From Nitrospinaceae bacterium (GTDB lineage Bacteria; Nitrospinota; Nitrospinia; Nitrospinales; Nitrospinaceae), in contig OZ245011.1 of the NCBI GenBank assembly GCA_965223665.1, positions 4,032,001-4,096,000 on the forward strand: a DNA stretch of 64,000 nt, given 5' to 3'. This document shows positions 19,028 to 28,481 of this stretch, piece by piece; the first letter of the stretch is position 1, and each line of letters starts with the position of its first letter. The position numbers and the translations under genes are program-made. The notes under the pieces were generated by a model. It did not search any database and was not told the DNA's origin. It saw only the letters and a list, made by a program, of their open reading frames with translations.

Positions 19028-19054
19028 GTCACAAAACCTAATGAATTGCGAATA
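19028..19054 (+). promoter_or_regulatory. Putative ECF promoter of the spondin gene
   Basis: GTCACA-N15-CGAATA, similar to the GTAAC..CGAA promoters of NrsF-linked ECFs. Confidence 0.65.
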
Positions 19055-19099
19055 CCACTTGTAAATTTCGTTAAGATTATTTTTTTGGAGGCTTTCTCT

Positions 19100-19747
19100 A
19101 TGAGAAAATTATTACTAATTGCTTTGAGTATTGTTTTAGGAAGTACCTCGGCATTTGCTGATAATTTAAATACCTATAAGGTAGTTATCACCAACTTGAC
19201 AAAAGGTCAACCACTCACTCCTCCGGTCGTAGTAGTTCATAACAGAAACTTTGCTCTTTTCCGAACCGGGCAACCCAGCACACCCGGACTTCATGTCTTG
19301 GCAAAAGATGGAGCAACAAAACCATTAGTTGAGGAATTAGAACTTTCTGAGGGAGTCAAGTATATAAATGAAGGCACCGGAATTACCTTCCCAGGAGAGT
19401 CTATTCCTATAGAGATTTCAGGAAGGAAAAGAGACTATCTTTCTTTGGTGGGAATGCTGGCTCGAACTAACGATGCTATTGTAGCATCACGATGGATTTC
19501 ATTAAATTTGAAAAAGGGGCAGAAGAAAATAGTTAATCTTTTTGTATACGATGCGGGAGCAGAAGAAAATAATGAGTCTTGTGATTATATTCCGGCGCCA
19601 CCTTGTAACAATGCGTTTAAAGATACAGAAAATGATGAAGGGTTTGTGCATTATCATCCAGCATTACATTTTCAAGGCGACCTGGATCCCCTTAGAGATG
19701 CTTTTGGGTTTATCGGAGCAAAAGTTGTTGTGCAAAGAATAGAATAA
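19100..19747 (+). CDS. Spondin_N domain exported protein
   Basis: Signal peptide; ITNLT.GQPLTP, ML..TND, YDAGAEEN motifs; GGAGG before ATG at 19100. Confidence 0.88.
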   Translation: MRKLLLIALSIVLGSTSAFADNLNTYKVVITNLTKGQPLTPPVVVVHNRNFALFRTGQPSTPGLHVLAKDGATKPLVEELELSEGVKYINEGTGITFPGESIPIEISGRKRDYLSLVGMLARTNDAIVASRWISLNLKKGQKKIVNLFVYDAGAEENNESCDYIPAPPCNNAFKDTENDEGFVHYHPALHFQGDLDPLRDAFGFIGAKVVVQRIE

Positions 19748-20098
19748 ACTTAAAAAAAATAGCGGGAGGGTCTATTTTTCATGAATAAAGTCAATTATTT
19801 GAAATATGGTTTTACTTGAAAATATTGAAATCAACGCAATTTATTCAAAGTAAAGAAATTATAATATGTAAACCAATCTAGTAGGTTTCACTAAACCTTC
19901 CACATAAAAGATAATTCCTTTCGAATTTTAAATCTTAAATAAGGGGATAATAATCCATTTGTTGGATTTGGAATACCTAATTAATCCCACTTTGGTAGGA
20001 AAAGATAAATTTCAAATTTTTGATAAGTTTTTTTCTAAGGTTTTGCACCATAATTAGGGGTACCATGCTATAATTTTCCTACTTTTTTTAGGGGGGGC

Positions 20099-20686
20099 AT
20101 GGGACGTCCAATAGAATTTAATAGAGAGAACGCAATCCAATGTGCTATGAAAGTATTTTGGGTTCAGGGCTATGAAAAGACTTCATTGACCGATTTGATT
20201 CAGGAAATGGGGTTATCAAAAAGCAGCTTTTACCAATCTTTTGGGTCTAAAAGAGGGTTATTTAAGTTATGTTTAGACAAATATAAAGGAGATTTCATAA
20301 AAAAAGCAAGTCGAATCTTAGACAAATCTCCTTCTGGAAAAGTTTTTATAAACACTTTTTTTAAAGAATTGATTGATAAACCCTCCAATCATATTGCCAA
20401 CCGAGGCTGTTTCATTGTTAATACCGCTATAGAATTTAAGAAAAAAGATAAAAATATTGCAATCTTTGTCAATCAATCGATGAAGGAACTGCAGGGTGTT
20501 TTTCAAAAGGCTATAGATGAGTCAAAGCAAAAGGGTGAACTACCCCAGTTTCCTAAATCAAATATTTTGGCAGGAAAATTGGTGATGATTTTTTTTGGTT
20601 CCAAAATAATGTTTAGAGTTGGAATGGAAAGAAGCTTGATAAGAAAAATAGTGTTTTATTCAATAGAGAATTTATTTGTTGCTTGA
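20099..20686 (+). CDS. TetR/AcrR-family regulator (NemR/ComR-like)
   Basis: MGRP..F, FW..GYEKTS, GLSKSSFY..FGSK, GCFIVN. Confidence 0.93.
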   Translation: MGRPIEFNRENAIQCAMKVFWVQGYEKTSLTDLIQEMGLSKSSFYQSFGSKRGLFKLCLDKYKGDFIKKASRILDKSPSGKVFINTFFKELIDKPSNHIANRGCFIVNTAIEFKKKDKNIAIFVNQSMKELQGVFQKAIDESKQKGELPQFPKSNILAGKLVMIFFGSKIMFRVGMERSLIRKIVFYSIENLFVA

Positions 20687-21136
20687 ATAATAATATATAG
20701 AGTTTAAAAATTCCTTAAATTTGTAACCTCCATTTAGGTTCGCCCCAGTATCAAGAGTTATCAAAGTCGAAAAAAATAAAGTTAATTTCTAATATAAACT
20801 GTATTCATTTGACCTCCTCCGAAGTTCCCTCCTTCCTTTCATTATTGGGTCTATTTAGATTTCCTTCTTTTCATACCCACTAATTAAAATCGTTCATCCA
20901 ATAATAATTTACCAATTAAAAAAATCAGTTGGAATGAATTTTATTACTGTTATTTGTGTGTTTTGTCAATCAATTAGCTCTCTTAATAACCTTAAAGTTT
21001 GATATAATTTCACCAAATCCATTTCTGGTTTAAGTAGGAATTTTATGTAGGGGATGAGGAGGTATTTTTTTTGTTAGGGCTTCCTGAATCTTATCTGCAA
21101 ATCCAATTATAAAAATTTACTGTAAGAAATCTTTTC

Positions 21137-22984
21137 ATGTCTTTTCGTACCGCACTTGTAAATATGCCCTTTGGGTTTCATATTTATCCTTCTATCCAAT
21201 TAGGGACGTTATCAACTTTACTCAAGACCCATAACTTTGAAGTTAAAAGTTATTATTTGAATTTGCACTTTGCCCATCAATTAGGGATGCCAATATATAA
21301 TGAACTTTGTGAAAAACGGCACTTAATAGGGGAATGGTTATTTTCAGAAATATTATTTGGAGATTCTCTCAAAAACCAAGCCTACTTAAAGCATTTTGAA
21401 TCGCATATTCAAGAAGTTTGTCAATCAATCCAGCAGCCTAAAGAATTTCTACTAAACGTTAAAAAGCAAATGGTTCCTGAATTTTTGCATTGGGCAGTTG
21501 AATCTATTCCATGGGGGGATTATTCGGTAATTGGTTTTACTTCTACCTTTAATCAAAATTTAGCAAGTGTCACTTTAGCCAAATGGATTAAAGAAAAATA
21601 TCCCAATGTGAAAATTTTGTTTGGCGGGTCCAATTTTGACTCTGAAATGGGTTTAGAATATTTTCGTGTATTTGATTGGATTGACTTTGTTGTCATGGGA
21701 GAAGCTGAGCCAGTATTACCGCAGTTAATGTCAGCCATAAAAAATGAGGATGAAATACCTGATGGAGTGATTTATAGACAGGGAAACGAAATTCTACACC
21801 GAGAAAACACAAATATGTTCCAAAGCTTTGAGGAGTATGGGCCACCTGATTATGATGACTATTTCGAACAGTTGCAAAACATTGATCCTGAATCACCATT
21901 ACTAGAAAACCCTGTGGTGTTATATGAAACGGCCAGAGGTTGTTGGTGGGGAGAAAAGCATCACTGTACTTTCTGTGGGCTCAATGCTTCCACAATGAAA
22001 TTTCGATCTCGTCCAGTGAAGCAGGTGATTTCCGAAATCTCAGAAATGTCTAAGCGTTACGACACATTCCGATTTCGCTTAGTAGATAATATTTTGGAGA
22101 TGAAATACATTGACGGAATTTTTGCGGAATTTGCAAAAGAGAATTATGATTTACAGTTTTTTATTGAAGTGAAGAGTAACCTTCACAAAAACCAAATAAA
22201 GACCTTGGCTTTAGGGGGTGTAAATGTCATTCAGCCTGGAATTGAAAGTTTTAGTGTCAACCAATTGAATGACATGGATAAGGGCGTTCGGCCTTTACAA
22301 AATATATTATTTCTTAAATGGGCTCTCTATTATGGCATTGATGTAACTTGGAATATATTAACCGGTTTCCCTGGAGAAATTGATGGGGATTATCGGAATC
22401 AAATTGAAATTCTTAAGTCGTTATTTCATTTGCAGCCACCGATTGGGGTGGGGGACCTTTGGCTGGAACGTTTCAGCCCATATTTTTCAAGACCCGAAGA
22501 ATATGGAGTTACAATCACTGGTGCTAGTGATGCTTATTCTTACGTTTATGATGCTTCAAAAGTTGATTTAATGAAAATTGCCTATGACTTCGAGTACACC
22601 ACTGAAAATCGCCTGAATCCGAATTTGACGGAAGAACTTAGGCAAATTGTATCCAATTGGAAGCATCGGCATCAATCCGATCAGATTCCATTTTTATTTT
22701 TTACCAAGTCTTTAAATTTTGTAACAGTTTATGATGGTCGCGATGCAAAGGAATCCTTCAAAATGCGATTTGAAGGTCCTTCAGCCTGGATTATCTTATT
22801 TTGTAACGAAAAGCCAAAAACCTTAGAGCAAATTCATTTGATGGTGGCTGAAAAGGAATCTAAATCTGAGGTTCAAATTGAATCGATCCAAACCATTTTA
22901 AAGGATCTTGAAGCTAAACGGATTTTATTTTCAGAACGTGGCAAATATTTAACTCTCGCCATTCCCCATAATTCTCACCTTTAA
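21137..22984 (+). CDS. B12-binding radical SAM RiPP maturation C-methyltransferase (TIGR03975-like)
   Basis: VNMPF..PSIQLG, B12-binding domain (FTSTFNQ, GGSN, GEAE), RGCWWGEKHHCTFCGLN (Cx7Cx2C), QPGIES, WNILTGFPGE, RFSPY. Confidence 0.9.
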   Translation: MSFRTALVNMPFGFHIYPSIQLGTLSTLLKTHNFEVKSYYLNLHFAHQLGMPIYNELCEKRHLIGEWLFSEILFGDSLKNQAYLKHFESHIQEVCQSIQQPKEFLLNVKKQMVPEFLHWAVESIPWGDYSVIGFTSTFNQNLASVTLAKWIKEKYPNVKILFGGSNFDSEMGLEYFRVFDWIDFVVMGEAEPVLPQLMSAIKNEDEIPDGVIYRQGNEILHRENTNMFQSFEEYGPPDYDDYFEQLQNIDPESPLLENPVVLYETARGCWWGEKHHCTFCGLNASTMKFRSRPVKQVISEISEMSKRYDTFRFRLVDNILEMKYIDGIFAEFAKENYDLQFFIEVKSNLHKNQIKTLALGGVNVIQPGIESFSVNQLNDMDKGVRPLQNILFLKWALYYGIDVTWNILTGFPGEIDGDYRNQIEILKSLFHLQPPIGVGDLWLERFSPYFSRPEEYGVTITGASDAYSYVYDASKVDLMKIAYDFEYTTENRLNPNLTEELRQIVSNWKHRHQSDQIPFLFFTKSLNFVTVYDGRDAKESFKMRFEGPSAWIILFCNEKPKTLEQIHLMVAEKESKSEVQIESIQTILKDLEAKRILFSERGKYLTLAIPHNSHL

Positions 22985-23395
22985 CATTTTTTCTTTGACT
23001 TACTCCAAATTATTTCTGTTTCACATTTTGAATTTGTGGAATAGAAAAAAATTGAAGCCTTCACCTACAAGTTTGGTATCCATTGGATTATTTTTAGCTC
23101 AACAAAAATAAGTCATAGTTCTAGTTTACTAGAACATCAAGTCCTGGTTTTAAAGACCTCTAATAAACCAATAAAACTAAATTATTCGCGCACTTTATTT
23201 TGAGTGGTCAGGTGTGTATAATAAACTAGGATTTTTTTAAGCATATCCTCCAGTCAAAAGAAGTTCTGTAAATTTTCCTTTTCAACAAGTCAACAATTCC
23301 TTTTGCATGTTTTATAAAGATAAGTTTTGCTGAAATTATAAGTATTTAATCTTTGAACTGTCTTTATTAATTTATTGATTCGAATCCAAAGTAAA

Positions 23396-25111
23396 ATGTC
23401 TAATCGATATTTATTTAAGTTTCAGAAAAAGATCCTCCCTAAATCAGCCTTTTTCATTTTTATTTACTTTATTTTATTTTCCACAGTCGAGACTGTTCAA
23501 GCGCAACAGCTTCCGAAACCCGGTCAGACGGAACGGATGGATAGACGGTTTCAAAAACCACTGACTCCTAAATCTAAACTTGAAGATTTACCGCTTGCAC
23601 CAAAAGAGCCTCAAGTGCCGACTAAAATGAAAAAAATCAAATTTGTTTTAAGAGGAGTGGTCGTGGAAGGTTCTACTGTTTATAAGGATGGAGAACTTTC
23701 ACATCTTTACAAAGAATTTTTGGATAAAGAAATTACCCTTGCAAGAGTTTATTCAATTGCGGAAGCCATTTCAGTTAAATATAGAAATGAGGGATATCTA
23801 ATAACCAGAGCATTGGTTCCAGCACAACGGATTACTGATGGAGTTGTGAAAATTGTAGTCATTGAAGGTTTTATCAATGAATTAGATATCCAGGGAGAAT
23901 TGGGCGGTTCAGAAGAAAAAATTCGAGCCTATGGAGAAAAAATAGTTAACGTTCGCCCTTTACATAATAAAACTTTAGAACGCTATTTGTTGTTGATAAA
24001 TGATCTTCCCGGAGTTTCTGTTGAGTCTGTATTAACCCCTTCTAAAGATATCCATGGTGCATCAAAACTTACATTAATAATGGATCATAAACCCTTTGAT
24101 GGGTTTGTCAGTTTAGACAATCGTGGTTCACGTTTTAGCGGCCCTTTTCAATTTTCTATTGGAGGAAGTGCTAATTCTTTTTTAGGACTTTATGAAAGAA
24201 CCAGCCTAAACTTTATTACAGCTACCCAACCAAAAGAATTGATTTATTTTAGTGGCCAACATGAACAACAAATTGGGTCCGAAGGGACCAAGGTGGCTAT
24301 ATTTGGTAGTCTCAGTTTCACTGAGCCGGGCCATACACTGGCTCCATTAAATGTGGAAGGAGATAGCTCTACATTTTCTGTATCTCTTTGGCAACCCTTC
24401 ATCCGATCTCGAAGACAGAATTTTTCAGGAGGGTTAACTTTTTCTCATAAAAATTTTCAGACTGATATTTTGGGTACCTTAGTAACTAAAGATAGATTAC
24501 GGGTATTAACGTTTGAGGTGACTTTTGATCAAGCAGACAGGTTCCAGGGAATTACCTTGATGAATTTTCAATTCAATCAAGGAATAAATATTTTTGATGC
24601 TACAGAGCCTGGTTCTCCCAACCTTTCACGTGCAGACGGAAAAAGCGATTTTTCAAAAATCTTGATTAATATCTGGAGATTACAGCAATTGGTTTCTGGC
24701 TGGAGTTTTTTTACAGAGGCAGAAGCTCAATGGGCTTTTAGCTCTTTACTTTCTGCTGAAGAATTTGCTTTTGGGGGACCCCGCTTTGGAAGAGGTTATG
24801 ATCCTTCCGAAATTACGGGGGATCATGGAATAGCTTTTAAAACTGAATTGCAATATTCAAAAAACTTAACCTATAAATATTTAAAATTTGTACAAGTTTA
24901 TACATTCTTCGATTTTGGTTCTGTTTGGCAAAAGGGGCAGTTCACAGGCCCTTCCAAACGCCAATCCTTAGCTTCAGCGGGTACAGGCATTCGAATGAAT
25001 TTCACACAGTGGCTTTCCGGATATTTAGAAATTGCCAAACCTTTTGACCCTGTTATTGCCGAAGGGGATCAGAATATTAGATTATTTGGTAGCCTAAAAG
25101 CGGTTTTTTAA
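23396..25111 (+). CDS. ShlB/FhaC/HecB-family two-partner secretion transporter (TpsB)
   Basis: POTRA motifs (YRNEGY, PAQRI..GV, LERYLLL.NDLPG), DNRGS, GRGY loop-6 motif, C-terminal Phe; start uncertain. Confidence 0.92.
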   Translation: MSNRYLFKFQKKILPKSAFFIFIYFILFSTVETVQAQQLPKPGQTERMDRRFQKPLTPKSKLEDLPLAPKEPQVPTKMKKIKFVLRGVVVEGSTVYKDGELSHLYKEFLDKEITLARVYSIAEAISVKYRNEGYLITRALVPAQRITDGVVKIVVIEGFINELDIQGELGGSEEKIRAYGEKIVNVRPLHNKTLERYLLLINDLPGVSVESVLTPSKDIHGASKLTLIMDHKPFDGFVSLDNRGSRFSGPFQFSIGGSANSFLGLYERTSLNFITATQPKELIYFSGQHEQQIGSEGTKVAIFGSLSFTEPGHTLAPLNVEGDSSTFSVSLWQPFIRSRRQNFSGGLTFSHKNFQTDILGTLVTKDRLRVLTFEVTFDQADRFQGITLMNFQFNQGINIFDATEPGSPNLSRADGKSDFSKILINIWRLQQLVSGWSFFTEAEAQWAFSSLLSAEEFAFGGPRFGRGYDPSEITGDHGIAFKTELQYSKNLTYKYLKFVQVYTFFDFGSVWQKGQFTGPSKRQSLASAGTGIRMNFTQWLSGYLEIAKPFDPVIAEGDQNIRLFGSLKAVF

Positions 25112-25162
25112 GAAAAATTTTGACAGATATAAATATAATTAAAGGTTTATATTTAAAATTTC

Positions 25163-25711
25163 TTAATGGTCGTCTTCTTTGTCATCGTCATCGTGGTCGT
25201 GGTTTTTATGAGATTCCTTTGTTTTTTTTATAATTTCATCATACTTCCCTTCTTTTTTGAGTTTTTGAATATTAGCCTGGGCCGCACCATGGATGTAAAC
25301 CAGTTCTCCTCCCGAATGCCCTGTTAATAATAATGGAATGAGTCCCAAAGTTGCTAATCCTATAAAAAATTTTCCAATTAATTTGAAACGGATAGTTCTG
25401 CTTCCTAGAAAGGATAAGATTAAGAGCCCTGCAGCAATCCAGGGGATTTTTTCACCCATTTCTTCGTGGTCTTCAATAGTTTCTTCAGAGATTACTTTTT
25501 CAACTAGTTCTTCATCAATTTCCCCAAGTTGGACAGTAATTACCGAAAACATCAGATAGAATGCCGAAATAATAACTAAAACCATCCAACTTTGCCGATT
25601 CCATTCCTTAGTCTTAAATTTGAACCAAAACCAAATAGCAACAATGGGTAGAGTAACACCCAGAACTATAGGGAAATGAACTACAGCAGGGTGCAGGGGG
25701 GTGTTTAGCAT
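25163..25711 (-). CDS. DUF2231 membrane protein with a His/Asp-rich tail
   Basis: PLHPAVVHFP, HEE, GHSGGELVY.HG; C-terminal HKNHDHDDDDKEDDH. Confidence 0.82.
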   Translation of the reverse strand: MLNTPLHPAVVHFPIVLGVTLPIVAIWFWFKFKTKEWNRQSWMVLVIISAFYLMFSVITVQLGEIDEELVEKVISEETIEDHEEMGEKIPWIAAGLLILSFLGSRTIRFKLIGKFFIGLATLGLIPLLLTGHSGGELVYIHGAAQANIQKLKKEGKYDEIIKKTKESHKNHDHDDDDKEDDH

Positions 25712-25833
25712 TGTGAGACTCCTTGTTAAGTTTTCGATCTATTCTGCAATATATTCATTATTAAAGGAATAGCTATTGGTGATATGGTATATAAGTTATA
25801 TCTTAATTTTACAGGGAGTTATTAAGTTTTTTA

Positions 25834-26355
25834 GTGGAAAGTACCTATAGATTAATTCGTCTCATTTCTTTATCGGCCTTTGGAATCATATCAATTCTTA
25901 TAGGAATTGACTTGATGAGTGATAGTTCTGGAGGAGCGACATCCCTGCATCTAATAGTTGAATTCATGTTGCTTGCGGTCAGTGCCATGGTTTTTTCCTT
26001 GATCCTTTATAGTTTTTTTAAAGAAAAGCAAACCACACAAATTTTAAGCACAAAGCTTATGGCAGTTACTGAAGAAAAGGAAAAATGGAAAAAAGAAGCT
26101 GTGGATTTCTTGGAGGGCTTATCTGAGGTGATTGAAAAGCAATTTAACAAATGGAAACTCACAGGAGCAGAAAAGGATGTGGGCTTTATGTTATTAAAAG
26201 GATTTTCTTTGAAAGAAATTGCTGATTTAAGAAATACATCAGAAAAAACGGTACAACTGCAATCGCAATCCATTTATAAAAAATCTAAACTTGGTAATCG
26301 ATCTGAGTTTGCTGCATTTTTTTTAGAAGATTTGTTACCGCCAAGAATTAAATAA
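25834..26355 (+). CDS. Membrane-anchored LuxR-type HTH regulator
   Basis: 2 TM, coiled coil, WKLT.AEKDV..LLKGFS.KEIA.LR.TSEKTV. Confidence 0.88.
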   Translation: MESTYRLIRLISLSAFGIISILIGIDLMSDSSGGATSLHLIVEFMLLAVSAMVFSLILYSFFKEKQTTQILSTKLMAVTEEKEKWKKEAVDFLEGLSEVIEKQFNKWKLTGAEKDVGFMLLKGFSLKEIADLRNTSEKTVQLQSQSIYKKSKLGNRSEFAAFFLEDLLPPRIK

Positions 26356-26479
26356 CATTTATCCTCAAAGGGGAATCTATAAAATATTGCCCATTTTTAA
26401 ATTCAATCCATTAAAATATTAGATGGAAGGGTTGTCCTCGAATATATTGCTGCATTAAATCATCCACGACTAAATATTT

Positions 26480-27499
26480 ATGCTAAAAAAACTTATTAAA
26501 ATTCCTCTATATTTAATTGCTCTGGGAATCATTTCTGAAATTGTTTTAAGGTTGATAATTCCTCCAGTAGATTATTTGACTCCGGTTCGCATGAAAAGTA
26601 GTAATTTATTGGTTGCCATTCCTCCCAATGTTGGTGGACATGATGATTGGGGTTTTAGAAACCGGGAGATCCCCCCTAAGGTCGATATAGTTGCAATTGG
26701 AGATAATATAACTTATGGAGTAACTGTCCCACGTTATTCTAGTTGGCCTCATCAACTAGGTGAACAAACTGGGCAATCGGTTTATAACCTTTCAATGGGA
26801 GGGTGGGCCGCACCACAATATTTGTGTGTATTGGAAAAGTATGCGCTTAGCTTAAAACCTAAGGCGGTGGTATTTAGTATTTACTTAGGAAACGATATTT
26901 ATGAAGCTTATAGGAACAAAGGTATATCCTGTAAAGTTAATTCTTTGGATAATGGTGCCTTAAAAAACCAACCGCTCTATCCCCCTTCTGGTATGAAAGA
27001 GAAAATTATTCGTACGCTAAACGAGAACTGTTTGCTTTTTAAATTTGGTTTGGCTCAATTGTCAAAATTAAAAAAGTCGATGGTAAAAAGTAATTCTAAA
27101 GAAAATTTAAATCCACTATTTTCCAAAAATACATTGAAATGGGTTTCTGTTTCCAATCCTGAAGTGAAAGAAGGATTGGATATCACTTTGGATTTCTTGA
27201 AAAAAGCTGGAGTAATTTGTCAGCGTGAAAAAATTCTTTGTATGGCAGCCCTAGTGCCCTCTAAAGAATCTGTTTACCATGGAGAGCTAAGTGATCTTCC
27301 TGAAATCATGGAAAAAGAAAATTATCTTAGAAAATCCCTGATTAATGGAGGAAAAGAAACTTCAGTTTACGTATTAGATCTTCTTCCAGCATTTCAGCAA
27401 GGCCTCAACAAGCAGACCCTTTACCGAGTTGACCAAGTCCGCCCCAACAGCGCAGGAATGGAAATTATTGCAAAAAAAATATCAGAAGTTTTAGAGTGA
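26480..27499 (+). CDS. SGNH/GDSL-fold membrane-anchored protein with degenerate catalytic residues
   Basis: GFR, GDNITYG (block I), YLGND, DQVRPN (block V). Confidence 0.8.
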   Translation: MLKKLIKIPLYLIALGIISEIVLRLIIPPVDYLTPVRMKSSNLLVAIPPNVGGHDDWGFRNREIPPKVDIVAIGDNITYGVTVPRYSSWPHQLGEQTGQSVYNLSMGGWAAPQYLCVLEKYALSLKPKAVVFSIYLGNDIYEAYRNKGISCKVNSLDNGALKNQPLYPPSGMKEKIIRTLNENCLLFKFGLAQLSKLKKSMVKSNSKENLNPLFSKNTLKWVSVSNPEVKEGLDITLDFLKKAGVICQREKILCMAALVPSKESVYHGELSDLPEIMEKENYLRKSLINGGKETSVYVLDLLPAFQQGLNKQTLYRVDQVRPNSAGMEIIAKKISEVLE

Positions 27500-27741
27500 T
27501 TTTTTATTTAACCCTCTGCATTTCCCTAATTTTTTCCACCAATTTCCCAAAATTCAAGAAAATTAGAAAATAAAAGTTTAGTTTCTCCAGGTTTTGACGA
27601 TTTAAGGTTATACCAATCAAAATTATCCCTAACCTAATGCGATCATTTAGGAAATGGGAGGACTTCTGGAGAGGACAAGGAAGGGGCTTTTATCAAATTT
27701 GGATAAGCTAATAGCCTGTTTCGGGGTTTTGGATTTCTTAT

Positions 27742-27770
27742 TTGACGGGTGAGTCCATTTTAGTTAGAAT
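27742..27770 (+). promoter_or_regulatory. Putative sigma70 promoter
   Basis: TTGACG-N17-TAGAAT; argues against GTG 27771 as the start codon. Confidence 0.65.
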
Positions 27771-27833
27771 GTGCGCATCCCAAAAACTATTAATTATTTA
27801 GCCCTTAGGCCGTTTAAAGGGGCATGTGATTCT

Positions 27834-28481
27834 ATGAAATGGACCCGAAAAGTCAACCAGACCATTGGCAATAAACTCGGCAAGTGTTGTTTCTTCTTAG
27901 CGGAACCCTTTCAGTTGTTACGTGAGAATATTAGACCAAGAGTAAGAAAGTATTTTGATCAAGCTCTTAGAAGTATTGAAAATAAGAAAATTGGAGCTGC
28001 TCTCTTGAATCTCAATATGGTACTGAGTTTAAAACCTGACCATTTTTTAGCTTGCGTCTATAGAGGAAGAATATATTTGCGGGAAAAAAATTATTCCCTG
28101 GCATCAAATGATTTTATTAGAGCAAGTAAAATAAGCCCTTATCGATTTTTGCACTATAACCTCTATCGTGAATATTTAGATTCCATTCATAGGGGTTTTT
28201 CTCACCGGGCTCATTCTATGGAAGAAAAGTTTAATGAGGTGTTTAGGGGATGGCAGGCTCCGGATATTTATACAAAACATTTAGAATCAAATGAAACCTG
28301 GGAAACTGAGGAACCAACTTTATCCCTTGGTCCCGAAGATGAAGAGGGGATAGTGGATCCTTATCAAGATGGTGATCTTTCTTGGGAAGAGAGAGAGAGG
28401 TTCGACGATATGGGTCCCATCACTGGGAAGGAAATTGAAAACACTGACTGGGAATCTCTTATTCGTAAATTGACTTCTTAA
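27834..28481 (+). CDS. TPR-containing protein with an acidic C-terminus
   Basis: TPR-like LSLKPDHFLACVYRGRIY..A..DF..A. Confidence 0.75.
   Translation: MKWTRKVNQTIGNKLGKCCFFLAEPFQLLRENIRPRVRKYFDQALRSIENKKIGAALLNLNMVLSLKPDHFLACVYRGRIYLREKNYSLASNDFIRASKISPYRFLHYNLYREYLDSIHRGFSHRAHSMEEKFNEVFRGWQAPDIYTKHLESNETWETEEPTLSLGPEDEEGIVDPYQDGDLSWEERERFDDMGPITGKEIENTDWESLIRKLTS

Noticed and set aside
20782-20820. Strong GGAGG + ATG on the minus strand as a possible RiPP precursor
   Set aside because: The ORF is only 8 codons (MNTVYIRN) and lies opposite to the radical SAM gene
27771-27833. GTG start of the TPR gene from the ORF track
   Set aside because: It directly abuts a consensus -10 box, so ATG 27834 is more plausible
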